From a virus, in the IMG/VR virus record IMGVR_UViG_3300037499_000265, positions 32,001 through 96,000 of that record: a stretch of 64,000 nt of DNA; one strand, 5' to 3'. A program made the translations under genes and the position numbers. This document shows, piece after piece, positions 26,670-37,500 of the stretch. The notes beneath the pieces were generated by a model. The model made no database searches and was not told where the DNA came from. It worked only from the letters and a program-made list of their open reading frames with translations. How positions within the stretch are numbered: the first letter of the stretch is position 1; the number at the start of each line of letters is the position of its first letter.

Positions 26670-27299
26670 CTACGCCACGAAGAAGTGCAACAGTCCTTGA
26701 GCGTCGGGGGTAACGGTGAACGCGCCGCCCTGGCCGGTCTCGTCGGTGCCGAAGTCGACCACTCCGATGAGCGGGTTGGTCGCTGTCGTGCCGGGCTGCA
26801 CGTCGATGACGACCAGGTATCGCGCGGTGAACGTGGCGTCGGCCCAGGCGATCGGATCACAGTCGATGACCACGATGGCCCGTGCGACACACTCCCAAAC
26901 GACCGTACCGCCGTCGGCAACGTCCTCGCCGATAACAGTCGGCCAGGTCGCGGGCTCGGTACCACTCGTGGTGCCGGCGGTGACGCACCGATACAAGAAC
27001 CCGTTGCCGGTGGTCGGCCGGACCACATAGTCGGCCTCCACGGCGGTCGTGGCCGCCCAGGTGTCAGCCCAGGAGTTCGCTGAGGTCGTGACGACGGTCT
27101 TGGTGGTCAGGAGTTCACCATTGGTGGTGTACCCGTCGCCGTTGGCGACCTCGTTGGCTCCGAGATCGTCCTCGTAGTCGTGGGTGAGCCGGTCGAGCGT
27201 GTACGACGATGTGTACAGCTTGGCTCGGACGGCATCAGTCAGGAAGTTGATCTCCTCGCCGAGCATCTTGCTCGGAGCCGGAGCGTACCACTGTGCCAT
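26670..27299 (-). CDS. Minor tail protein with inserted carbohydrate-binding-like module
   Basis: WAATT....V.PT..NG..YRC..AGT...EP.WPT..G..V.DG.VVW insert within a tail fold (DFGTD..G..FTV). Confidence 0.75.
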   Translation of the reverse strand: MAQWYAPAPSKMLGEEINFLTDAVRAKLYTSSYTLDRLTHDYEDDLGANEVANGDGYTTNGELLTTKTVVTTSANSWADTWAATTAVEADYVVRPTTGNGFLYRCVTAGTTSGTEPATWPTVIGEDVADGGTVVWECVARAIVVIDCDPIAWADATFTARYLVVIDVQPGTTATNPLIGVVDFGTDETGQGGAFTVTPDAQGLLHFFVA

Positions 27300-27570
27300 G
27301 TCAGGCCCTTCCTTCTAGAAGATCAGCGGGGAATCCAACTCGACGAGATCAGGATCTCGGGAACAGTGAAGCTTCCAACGGCGTTCTGTCACCCCGAGTG
27401 TAGCCGGTTACTACCTGCTCTACCTGGGTAATCGTGTCGCTCAGCGTCCCGGTTCCGCTGGCGCCAACACCAGACCGCAGCGTATCCTGAACATATATCG
27501 GCCCGGCCGCGAGATGGAAGCTCGCAGACCGGGCCTTGGTACCGACTAGCTAGGAGGTCAAGTCAGCACC

Positions 27571-28152
27571 ATGACTCTCATCGTAATGGCCAGACGCATT
27601 CTCATTACGGCCGCAGTTGCAGTTGTTCTCATCGCGTTCGCCGTCACCGTCTCCGCAGGCAGCGGTCCGACCGCGGCCAAGGCAACGTACGCTGTCGTGC
27701 CGGAGTACTGGCTTGGCTACTGGCCAGGCAATCCGACGCTATGCGTGCTCGACCGAACTGACGGGATTCCAGTGGCCGAGGCTGTGGCCACATTCGATCG
27801 CACCGTGGTCGATTTGGAGGTCCGGGAAGGCTGCAGCGACACCCAGACGGTCATCGTCTACCTCGATCCAGAGCCCAGCGACTATGCCGCTTATACCTAT
27901 CGTGCCGACCGTGGACGTTACGACGCCGACGGGATGTGGGCGATGGCCGGCGTCGTGTGGATGCGGGTGCACGCGGACCACTACGAGATGACGCGCGAGG
28001 ACTGGCGGCGACTGCTCGTCCACGAGCTGGGACACGCCGTCGGCCTTGCTCATACGACACGACAAGATTCGATCATGAACGTGGATCGGATCTATGAATC
28101 GGACGGTCTGACTCAGACGGATCTGACCGTGCTGGAGCGGTTGTATCGGTAG
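27571..28152 (+). CDS. Secreted matrixin (M10-like) zinc metalloprotease, antisense in the tail cluster
   Basis: Signal/TM helix; HELGHAVGLAH and SIM Met-turn; AGGAGG RBS. Confidence 0.85.
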   Translation: MTLIVMARRILITAAVAVVLIAFAVTVSAGSGPTAAKATYAVVPEYWLGYWPGNPTLCVLDRTDGIPVAEAVATFDRTVVDLEVREGCSDTQTVIVYLDPEPSDYAAYTYRADRGRYDADGMWAMAGVVWMRVHADHYEMTREDWRRLLVHELGHAVGLAHTTRQDSIMNVDRIYESDGLTQTDLTVLERLYR

Positions 28153-29251
28153 GCTTGCGCTTCGGCAGCGCAGTCGCTTCGACGCTCGGCCTCTCGGGTG
28201 GCTGGAATCCCTGGGTTGCCGCCCAGGCGGTGAGCGAATCGACCTGATGGCGTAGGGTCTTGATCTCCTCTATCGCAGGCAGGACCAGCCGGTCGTAAGC
28301 GATCGAGAATGGTGCTCCGTCTTTGTCGTAGTTGACGAACGCACCGAGCCCGATTTCGTCGAGCTCCTCGGCGATATACCCGACGTTCCAACGATCGGTG
28401 GCCGGATCCCTCTCGACCTCACCCCGGTCCCGCCAAGTTCGAGGCTTCAGATCGAAGATGGCCCGCGAGGGAATGTGGAAATCACGGATGTCGGTCTTGA
28501 AACGCCGAGCTGAGGTCTCTTCTGCAATTCGGACCCCAGTATAGATCACATTTGTGCCAGACCCGGTCGACATGTTAGCAAGAAAGTAGTCCCCTGATCC
28601 GGCATCTAGGACCACGTCGCTGGTGCCGCCGGCGATCATGAACGCGTTCCCGGCGTTTAGGGAGAACCTGCTGCCGCCTGGATCGGGCATCCCCATAACG
28701 ATATCTGCGCTGCGGATCCTGATCTGATCAGCGGGCACATCAGAATGGCCAATCTGGATCAGGTCACCAAGTACAATGATTTCCTCGGCCGGGTGTGCGG
28801 CAGTCCCCAAGTTAATCTGGTCGGAGATGGCCCAGAAAGCTCCTAGATTGCCCAGCTCGGAGCCGTTGACGACTTCTCTGGTCCCATCAGGTCTGACACT
28901 GAGTGAAACGACATTCACTCCGTTCACGTCCTGGACTACGATTCCGTGGCCCAGATCTAGACCAGGCGCCGAACTTTCCGGGCTTCCGACAAGTGTGCCC
29001 CAACTGACAGCTTGTTCCCCGCCAGCATAGAGGGCCTTGATGCTGGACCCGTTACTAGCAACGAAATCTCCACCACCGTCAACAGTGACACTGCCGCCGC
29101 CGAACACTCGTAGCCCGCCAGCTCCGATCGAGGCAGACGGTAGTCGGCGGCCGGTCTGCAGTTGACGAACGTCCGCCTGCAATGTCCGTTGGTTACGCAT
29201 GAGGTCACCACTGGAAAACGCGGCATCGCCGATATGATCAATTTCCGTCAT
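28073..29251 (-). CDS. Tail fiber/spike with C-terminal intramolecular chaperone (peptidase S74-like)
   Basis: SARRFKTDI, LKPRTW, GYIAEE and Y..L....I..IK.L coil. Confidence 0.85.
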   Translation of the reverse strand: MTEIDHIGDAAFSSGDLMRNQRTLQADVRQLQTGRRLPSASIGAGGLRVFGGGSVTVDGGGDFVASNGSSIKALYAGGEQAVSWGTLVGSPESSAPGLDLGHGIVVQDVNGVNVVSLSVRPDGTREVVNGSELGNLGAFWAISDQINLGTAAHPAEEIIVLGDLIQIGHSDVPADQIRIRSADIVMGMPDPGGSRFSLNAGNAFMIAGGTSDVVLDAGSGDYFLANMSTGSGTNVIYTGVRIAEETSARRFKTDIRDFHIPSRAIFDLKPRTWRDRGEVERDPATDRWNVGYIAEELDEIGLGAFVNYDKDGAPFSIAYDRLVLPAIEEIKTLRHQVDSLTAWAATQGFQPPERPSVEATALPKRKPTDTTAPARSDPSESDRPIHRSDPRS

Positions 29252-32200
29252 CAGTCACAACCTCTCTGCCAGGTGTCAGTAGGAGCGGTGCGATGGTTCC
29301 AGCCTGCATGTCCAGTTCGAACCCGATGCACCGACCTTTACCAACAGTGCCAGCTGGATGACGATGGCCGGTCAGATCCCAGCCGATGTCGTCTCCGATC
29401 TTCCAGTCGACACCGTAGCGCGGATACTGACTCCATACAGCGTCGATTTTGAACACATTCGTACCATTGGCAAGCCGATCAAGCCCTGCAGCGGCGTGAT
29501 CGTTCAACGTACCGACCTGAGTGATGGATGATGATGGCATCCAGTGTCGTTCGAAGATCGGTTTCCCAGCGGCCAGTGCGACAGTGTCGATAGCAGGGTC
29601 GGAAACCGGCTGATCGTCACCCTCGCCAACCGCGTAGGCGACTTGATAGTTGCCATAGCGGCCTTCAGTTCGATCCTCGGTATAGGTGTAGATAGCGTTT
29701 GATGACCCGATTGAAGAGAATATGGACTGCTCTGTAGTCTGAAAGACCGCTGGTGGAGACTCTTCAGTGATTCCAATTCGTTTACGGGCACGGAAAATCT
29801 TTGCAACTGCCGTCTCGGTCGTGTCAGTCCAGTCGATGTCGATTGTCCATTCCGGACCTTCGATCACGCCCATCAGCTCACGTAACCGCTCATAGACTGT
29901 CGCATGGTCGGAGTAGTGGTAAGTTCTCGTTCTCAACGTTCCGGTCGCCGGCGCGTCCACCAGCAAACTGATTCCAACCCCGACGCCGGGGATGTCCTGA
30001 GCATCTTCAACCAGTCCGGTCAAGATTACTGAGGACTCGTCCTGTTGCGTCCAAGAATGGTCACGGACGAACCGGCGACGGAAGTACCCTTCTAGGCTCA
30101 CCGCACTGAACTCGGCCTGCGCAGGTGTGCCTCCCCGCCGCACCAAGGGGATGCCTGCCCAGATAGGAACGTTGTTCACCACCGCCACCAGCATGGTCTC
30201 AGCTGGTGTGGACAGTTGTTCGACCAGTGCAGCCTTCTGGATCAACGACAGTCCTGAGTGCCCGACAGTAGGGATAGGTAGCCTCAGGCTGGAAGACGTG
30301 TATGCTCCGAGAACTCGAGAGACCTGACCGACCAGATTCGGCAGCTCCGCGATAATTCGCCCAGTAGCCAGGTCACAAGACAGCCAGGTGACCTCGGTAC
30401 GGATCTCGGACACAGCGATCGTCGGCAGGCCGGGCTCCGGCGGCGGTGGTTCGGGCGGCTCCGGTCCAGTGTCGATGACCAGCTGATGCGAGAATGTCGC
30501 TGCCGCAGCGGTATATGCCTGGGCGGTGATCGTGATCGATGCGCCGGAATCGTTGACACTGAACGTACCGTACTGCGTCCGTGATTGACTGGCCCCGACG
30601 TCGTAGCTACCAGCGCCGGGGTCGAACGGCGTGGCGTCTATGCTTCCAACCACGTAGACCGGGAAACCACCCCATAGGTTGTTGGCTCCGGAGTCAAACG
30701 CGTTCGCATGAATGTCGGCGTTCATCATGACCATGCGATCAGACCAGCCGGTCGAGATGAGCAGGTCTGCTAATTCCTGCCGCTCGGTCATGAAACCTGG
30801 CCACGAATCCGAGCCGCCGTTGATCCATCGGATGGACGACACGACTACTAACGCATCGGCGGTGGACGTGTTTAGAAGATTGGTGAACCATACCTTCTGG
30901 GCCGCGCCGAGCATCGTCTTGCTCGGGCCGTCAGGGTCAGAGTTGGGAGAGCGGTAGAAACGGCAGTCCCAGACCACGAACAGCACGCGTCCGATTTGGA
31001 AGCTGTGGTAGATGGCGCCGCTATCATCCAGCGAATAGGACGGCACTCGCTCCCGGTAGACATCTGCGCCGTTCTGCTTGGTCGATAGTGTGCCGTCGGA
31101 GTTGTTCGGCCCGTAGTCATGGTCGTCCCACATGTAAACCAGCGGCATGTTGTGGTACAGCTCATGCTGTCGGCTCTGAAGTAGAACGTCGTCAAAGGCG
31201 CGGCGATAGTTGGCTAGCGACCCGCCACCGGTGATGCCGTGGCTCCCGGACCCAAGATCGTAGTAGTGCAGGTCCCCAGCGTGCAGGAAGAACAGTGGGC
31301 CTGACGGGTGCTCGCGGATCGTGTCAAAGGTTGGCGCATTTGACACCCGATCAGTCGCCAGTACGTTGCCTGTGGTGTCGGGGAAGTCCGGTGATAGTCC
31401 TGCATCACCGGATGCGATGAACGAGAACGAGCCGACCGATCCGGCTGGCGCTGGCGCGGTCCGGAACTGGCCGGTGGTACTGAAGATCTGTGCGGTGCCT
31501 TGGACGGTCCAAGTCTTACCGGTGGTGTCAGTGAAGGATGCCGCGTCGATGGGTGCAAGCGCAGGAAACGGATCAGTAACCACAACTCCGTCGATGCCGT
31601 TGCGGATCTCCGCGGCGTGTATCGTCCCCGCGAACGGCCGCCCGGTCCCACCGTCCACGGCGGCCAGGGAAGCCTCAGCGGTGCCACTGAAAATGGTGGT
31701 GGCCCCGGCGGTGGTGACCACCGATCCGAGCTGTGTCCACGACCCGGTGATGGCATCGGCGGTATAGAAGGTGACGTCATTCCCGGCCGCCCCGTTATCA
31801 GCGTCGAGGGTGGCCCGGACGGCCAGCTTTCCGCTGGTGATCGGGACTGAGACCGTCGACATGGGCAGAACCGAATTCGCCCCAGTGGTTGACCAGAACA
31901 GCGACAGCCGGCCGTCATTCTCAACCCCTAAGAAGTACGATCGCTGGCCCCCGGTCGTAACCCACTTCCCGAGGAGTGTAGCCCGCACACCATCCGGCGC
32001 GGCAGCGGTCCAGTCGTCGATGGTGACTTCGGCCCGGACGTCGAGATCCCCGATGATATCGAGCGAGGCATCGTCGGGAGTGGTGGCATAGTCGCCCGAC
32101 GTGCCGTCAGTGACCAAGCCGCCAGGGGCAAGATTCCCATCCTCCTCGATGGCGTAAAAGTAGGTGCTGCCGGGATCGAGCGCGCTGGCCGCGATGTCTA

Positions 32201-32363
32201 CGACACCCTGGGCAGTCGGGGTGTCCGGTCCGAACATTGTCGGGTTACCAAAGTGCGGGTCAGTATCGACTGCCAATTGGGCGCTGGTGACCCCGGTCAG
32301 TTTGGCATTGACCCGCAGACCGTCGTGGGTGAGCCCACCACCCCACAGGTTGATCACCGTCAT
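29238..32363 (-). CDS. Minor tail fusion protein: PhoD-like phosphatase with inserted LamG domain plus siphovirus baseplate/tail domain
   Basis: GQFRTAP, SGDA, HAGDLHYYD, WDDHDY, DCRFYR, MLGAAQK.W and ADIH; C-terminal W..CDL.TG...Gp37-like tail domain. Confidence 0.85.
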   Translation of the reverse strand: MTVINLWGGGLTHDGLRVNAKLTGVTSAQLAVDTDPHFGNPTMFGPDTPTAQGVVDIAASALDPGSTYFYAIEEDGNLAPGGLVTDGTSGDYATTPDDASLDIIGDLDVRAEVTIDDWTAAAPDGVRATLLGKWVTTGGQRSYFLGVENDGRLSLFWSTTGANSVLPMSTVSVPITSGKLAVRATLDADNGAAGNDVTFYTADAITGSWTQLGSVVTTAGATTIFSGTAEASLAAVDGGTGRPFAGTIHAAEIRNGIDGVVVTDPFPALAPIDAASFTDTTGKTWTVQGTAQIFSTTGQFRTAPAPAGSVGSFSFIASGDAGLSPDFPDTTGNVLATDRVSNAPTFDTIREHPSGPLFFLHAGDLHYYDLGSGSHGITGGGSLANYRRAFDDVLLQSRQHELYHNMPLVYMWDDHDYGPNNSDGTLSTKQNGADVYRERVPSYSLDDSGAIYHSFQIGRVLFVVWDCRFYRSPNSDPDGPSKTMLGAAQKVWFTNLLNTSTADALVVVSSIRWINGGSDSWPGFMTERQELADLLISTGWSDRMVMMNADIHANAFDSGANNLWGGFPVYVVGSIDATPFDPGAGSYDVGASQSRTQYGTFSVNDSGASITITAQAYTAAAATFSHQLVIDTGPEPPEPPPPEPGLPTIAVSEIRTEVTWLSCDLATGRIIAELPNLVGQVSRVLGAYTSSSLRLPIPTVGHSGLSLIQKAALVEQLSTPAETMLVAVVNNVPIWAGIPLVRRGGTPAQAEFSAVSLEGYFRRRFVRDHSWTQQDESSVILTGLVEDAQDIPGVGVGISLLVDAPATGTLRTRTYHYSDHATVYERLRELMGVIEGPEWTIDIDWTDTTETAVAKIFRARKRIGITEESPPAVFQTTEQSIFSSIGSSNAIYTYTEDRTEGRYGNYQVAYAVGEGDDQPVSDPAIDTVALAAGKPIFERHWMPSSSITQVGTLNDHAAAGLDRLANGTNVFKIDAVWSQYPRYGVDWKIGDDIGWDLTGHRHPAGTVGKGRCIGFELDMQAGTIAPLLLTPGREVVTDDGN

Positions 32364-33706
32364 GGCATCGGGATGATCTGCAGCGCCCGGTGAAAGGCTT
32401 CAGCGTTCGTCGAAGTGACCCGGTGTTCTAGGCGGCAGTTGTACTCATTCCCTGCGGTGAGCCCGGACAACAGGTAGGAACAGCCGGAGCGGTTCCGAGC
32501 ACCACCCTCGTCCACACCGATCTCGGATCGGGAGGCTCGCCGTGAGTTGTTGTCCGCTGCGGCCAGCACTACGGTTCCTGATCCGATCACGTTTCCGGTG
32601 CGCACAGCTGGTGACATGTAGGCGACGTTGGCGACCTCGGACGGCTTGTCAAGCACGGTGTTCCACAGAATCAACACTCGCCCGGAAACCGGGGCAGTGA
32701 ACACCACCGCGCAGTTCTGGAACGTGCCGCCCGACGTACCGATGCCAAATGAAGTGTTCGTGAAGGTGAACAAGCTCACGCTGTCGAAGTTCTGTACCGC
32801 CGGGGGCGACGCGCCCGGCCCGCCGATCGGCGCCCACGCTGACCCGTCCCACACTTCCATCACATCGTCATCTCGCCGGTAGCGGACCATGCCGTGGTAA
32901 CGACCAGCGTCTGGACCCTCGGTATTGTCCCGCACCGGCAGCACACCACCGGACGCGACTGTGTACTGCGCCAGAGTGGAGATTGCCGGAGCAGGCGTGC
33001 CACCCGACCCGACCAAGATAGTCGCCAATCGTAAGCTGTTCGCCGTCACCGCCGGTGCGTCCGGTGAACCAGCTGGCGTACCTGCCACGTATACCACGCG
33101 GGCGCGACGGAACCCGGACGCGTCCTCGTCATCGTCCTGAATCTGAAGATCGAGTGCGTCGATGCGGTCGTTCGTTCCATCAGCCGGGTCCAAGCTGCCG
33201 GATTCCGACGGGTGCTGTACCCGATACGGACCCGACAAGGAAGTTAAACCTGGGTACACAACGGCGGTCAGGTTCTCCACCGTCCATGTCGTTCCCGCTA
33301 GCGTGACCGGCGCCGTCGAATGCGGCCGTACTCCCTGTCGGGCACCGAACTCGTCAGCGTGGCCCGCGTATAGCAGCGTCGAATCGACGCGGCGCAGCTC
33401 GATCGCCGAGTAGTACGGCACCCGCGTGTACACGTCCGCGCCGCTGGCTGACCCAAACGTGATGATCTCGTCACCGAGCGCGGACACCAAATCGAACGTG
33501 TCCGTGGCGCTGTTCACCACGAAATAGGTCGTGTCCTCGCGAAGCACAGCCGCAGCGCCACCAGTCAGTGTGTCCACCTCGACCGGCTGACCATCGTTCA
33601 GGCCGTGCGCGACAATCGTGAACGTGCCGTCGGTGGCGATCGTGGCAGTTCCGACAGAGTCACCGCGACCGGCGTTAACCCAACTTGGATCAGACATCAG
33701 AACCAC
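32360..33706 (-). CDS. Minor tail protein
   Basis: Position; ADGTNDRID and LRLATILV motifs typical of actinophage minor tails. Confidence 0.75.
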   Translation of the reverse strand: MVLMSDPSWVNAGRGDSVGTATIATDGTFTIVAHGLNDGQPVEVDTLTGGAAAVLREDTTYFVVNSATDTFDLVSALGDEIITFGSASGADVYTRVPYYSAIELRRVDSTLLYAGHADEFGARQGVRPHSTAPVTLAGTTWTVENLTAVVYPGLTSLSGPYRVQHPSESGSLDPADGTNDRIDALDLQIQDDDEDASGFRRARVVYVAGTPAGSPDAPAVTANSLRLATILVGSGGTPAPAISTLAQYTVASGGVLPVRDNTEGPDAGRYHGMVRYRRDDDVMEVWDGSAWAPIGGPGASPPAVQNFDSVSLFTFTNTSFGIGTSGGTFQNCAVVFTAPVSGRVLILWNTVLDKPSEVANVAYMSPAVRTGNVIGSGTVVLAAADNNSRRASRSEIGVDEGGARNRSGCSYLLSGLTAGNEYNCRLEHRVTSTNAEAFHRALQIIPMP

Positions 33707-34581
33707 GCATCCCTATATTCGACTGTCAACGTTCCCGACCCATCAGAGGCCGCGAACCGGATCTCAGAAGTGCCAGGCGGCAACAACGGCCATCCGTTCT
33801 GAACCACTGTCTGTCCCCGCTGCGATGCCTGCGGCAGGCCGTTCAAGAGTACTGTGCGAGCGGCCGTATCCACATCCAACCACTGCCCTGTCTCGATCTC
33901 CAGTAAGAACCGGAGAGTCTGTACCAACCCGTCAGAACGCTGCAGTGTCACACTCGGCTCACTCAGCGGTCCATCTAAGCGCAGACGCAAACCCGTCAGC
34001 GCGGTGCCAGCGTTGACCAGCGTCGCACCGCCGCCGATACGATTGGTCTCGATCAGGAACGGAACCAGCAACGGCACAGACATGCCGCTGATATAGATCG
34101 GAAGTGGGATCACGCCAGTGGTGTGTAGCTCACCGGAGTAGACCAGTGGGTCGAGGGCGACGAAAGCGGCATTACTCACCGAACGTCCTGATCTGATGAG
34201 CCGCAGGTTGGACTCGACCATCCTGGGCCGACCGAACAGGATGAACTCTGACCCGCCCATCTCGAAGCGCAGTTCGATATTGGTGAGAACATCAGCGATG
34301 GGGGCGAACGCAGCCATCAGCTGTTGGTGAGCTTGCAGCCATGCCGCAGTCGAGTCGATCCCGGACGGACCAGACGACGCGTTGATAAAGATCCGCAGTG
34401 GGACGACGGCCTCTTCTTGCCACTCCGCCCCCGACCACGACCCGTGATCCCACGCTCGTGGGCCGGTCTGATCAGCACGTACGGTTCTGTTGAAAGGGTT
34501 GGTGTCCATCACCACCAAGTACTCGGTGTTCTCACCCATGACCAGATCCCTGATCTGGTACTGACCCGGCAGTAGCGCCAT
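33697..34581 (-). CDS. Distal tail protein (Dit-like)
   Basis: Directly follows the tape measure gene; DP..Y, N.GT and L.PGTSEIRF..YRDAW. Confidence 0.8.
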   Translation of the reverse strand: MALLPGQYQIRDLVMGENTEYLVVMDTNPFNRTVRADQTGPRAWDHGSWSGAEWQEEAVVPLRIFINASSGPSGIDSTAAWLQAHQQLMAAFAPIADVLTNIELRFEMGGSEFILFGRPRMVESNLRLIRSGRSVSNAAFVALDPLVYSGELHTTGVIPLPIYISGMSVPLLVPFLIETNRIGGGATLVNAGTALTGLRLRLDGPLSEPSVTLQRSDGLVQTLRFLLEIETGQWLDVDTAARTVLLNGLPQASQRGQTVVQNGWPLLPPGTSEIRFAASDGSGTLTVEYRDAWF

Positions 34582-34593
34582 CTCACACCTCCC

Positions 34594-37500
34594 TCAGACC
34601 GCACCGTGCATGGCTAGTTCGTCCTCGATCTGTCGAAGCGAGAATCGATCATTGAACGCCCGAACGTTCAGATTCTCTACTGTGATCCCTTCCGAACTCG
34701 AACTTGCGATCGAGACTCTCGATCGCTCCGCATCGTTGTTCAGCGCCGCCTGTGTCTGGGCGACGATGCCACCATCGGCCATCGGGTGCAGCTGGTACCC
34801 GAACTCTCTCGCCGTTCGCTCGAGGATCTTCTTAGCCCTCGGGCGCTTACCCGGAGCCCACGGGATGTAGGACTCGGCGTGGGTCTCAGGCTCTGCCCAG
34901 AAGATGTTCGACCCGCCCTTGGCCACCATCGGCGCGCGACGGGCGAGCGCGCCACCGGCGGCTGCGATAAGACGACCGTGGGGCGCAGCGATAAGACCTT
35001 TGGCACCAGACACGGTGAGGCCGCCCTGCCCGGTGGCACCAGCCACCCGGGTGGTGACGGTGATCGTCTTGCTCTTGATCCCAGCCAGTAGATCCTTGAT
35101 CGATTGAAGTCGACTGGTTGCTTGGTCGGTGACACCGACCGTCGGGTTGGCCCGCGCGTTCCTGAGATTCTCGAGTTGACGGTCGACTTCCCGCTTGCGC
35201 GCTTGGAAGATCCGAGTCTCGGCGCGGACCTCGGGGGTGGGCCTCTGACGGTTCAGCTCGGCGAGCTTGGCGTCGATGTCCCGCTTCTCCCGCTCGAGGA
35301 TCTGCGGATCCAGTCCGGCTATCGGCGTCGGGTTCTGCGAGTCCAGATCGGCGAGGATAGTGACGACTCTCCGATAGACCGCCTGCGCCTCGGAGTCATC
35401 CATGTCCGCCGTAGCGGTGGCGATGACTGCATCAAGATCGTTAAGGTTTCCACGGTTGGCAACGATCTTGTTGGCGAGATCCGTGTCGTCACCGAACAGT
35501 TCGGCGATGGCCTGGGCGCCGTCTACCTCGGCGAGCCGTGCCTCGGCCGAGTCGAGCGGGTCGTTGAACGGATCCGGGTTGAGGATCAGGTCCACGACCG
35601 TCTCGATCGGCACCTCCTGCAGGCTGGAGACGATCCCGTCGATCTGTTCCGGAGTGGCGCCGGCGGTTTCGAGCAGGTCGCGGAACTGACCGATCATCGT
35701 GTCGTACGGCGCCCGTACTTCCTCGGCCGACCCGCCCGACTCAGCGATCGCCAGCGCAGCTGCAGAGGCGTTGTCGAACAGCCGGTCGTAGGTGTCGGCG
35801 ACGATCGCACCGACCTCGGTGGTCTGATCAAGCTTGCCGGTGGAAGCGTCGATAGCGTCGGTCAGGTCGCGATAGACCGTCTTACCCTTTTCAGCGCTGG
35901 CGGCGGTGTCCACCAGGGCGTCGTCGACGTCGCGGAAGCTCTGGTGCATCCGGCGAGTGGCCTCATCGATGTCACGTTCTCCACCCTCGAGAACGGACAG
36001 CGCGTCGTCGAGGGCGCGCGCCTTGTCGTCCGCGCTGGCGAACTCATCCGCCAGCACGCCGATGGCGTCCGACAGGGTCCGGACCTCGGCCGACGTCGTG
36101 CCGGCGGCCGCTGCGATATCGCGGATACGCTGCTGTTCCTCGGCCATGGCCGCGTTCAGCTCGTCGACGAAGCCTCGCAAATCGTTATGCTCAACGGCGG
36201 CGTTGCGGATCTCGTCGGCCAGTTGCGGTGTGATCTGGCCAGTTGCCAGAGCAGTGTTCAGGAACCGTTCCAGTTCGTCTCCGCCAGCCTCCATGGCTGC
36301 GGTCAGGTCTTCCTGGCTGAACTTCAAACCCTCGACACCAGTCACCGCGTCACGTGCGGAGTCGCTGAACTCACGCATGAATCCCGCCGTCTGACGAGCC
36401 AGGTTGCCCTCCATAGCGGCGTTCAGCTCGTCCTGGGCCTGAGCGTTGCCCAGAGCGGCATCGGTCAGCAAAGAGGTCTCAAGGCCGAGTGCGGCAACCG
36501 AGTCGGTCAGCCCACGACTCTCAGCCTCCGATGCGATCCACTCTCGAGACTGCTCGGTGACCGCACCAGTCGCCCGGTCGAGCGTGGAGGCGAAGTCGAG
36601 CATCTTCGCCTGATGCTCCTCCGCAGCTTTCTTGGCATCGAAATGACTCTTGACCAGCAGGCCCAGTCCGACCACCACACCCGTGATGGCCAGGCCCACT
36701 CCACCGCCCAACGCGCCGGCAAGTAGTCCAGCACTGCCCCGCAACGCCCCCAGACCGGCTCCTCCGGCCGCTACCACGGCCTGACGAGCCACAATGCCCA
36801 GAGCGACCCCTACCTCGCTCAGACGGCCCAGCAGTGGCGTCAGAGCTCGTGTGAAAGCGCCCAAGGTGACGATGTTGAGAGCCTTGCCGAATGCGAGGAA
36901 CGCGATGGTCCATCTGGTGATCTCCCCGACCACCGGCATCGAGATCATCGCTTCTAGGACCTGGAAGGCTGTCCTCAACGTCGAGATGAAAGTCGAGATG
37001 GCTCCGGTCTGAGCCAGAGTCCGGAACAGGTTGGCCACCGAGACGACGAGTTCGTTGAACATTGGCCCCAGCCCGGCGAAAGCGCTACCCATCTCACCGA
37101 CCGCGGGCAGCACCTGGAACCGGAGGGTCCGAATGAAAGCGATCAGACTGTCGGAGTTGGATACCAGTCCCCGCCCGACCAGACGGAACATGTCACCGAA
37201 CAGTCCGGTCACTTCGATGACCACCGCGCGAGCACGGTCCAGGAAGTCGGCGATCTGGTTCCGACCGGAAACGCTACGAGTGAAGGTCAGCCAGCGTTCG
37301 GTGAGTCCTTCGATCCGGCCCCACAGGTCGAACGCGTCCCGATTGGCGATCCTGAAGGTCTCCGATAGTGCCTGCCGGACGTTAGAGCCGATCCGGCCCA
37401 GCTGTTGGAGGAACTCTCCAGTTCGATGGAACCAGTCGGCGAGCCGACCCGTCTCCTGAGACAGCCGCAGGGTCTCAGACCAGCCTGCGGCCACGTTCGC

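Noticed and set aside
35104-36726. Long antisense ORFs (also 43307-44437, 2762-3610, 47866-48783, 48865-50193)
   Set aside because: Shadow frames of real genes caused by high-GC codon bias; no RBS or recognisable motifs
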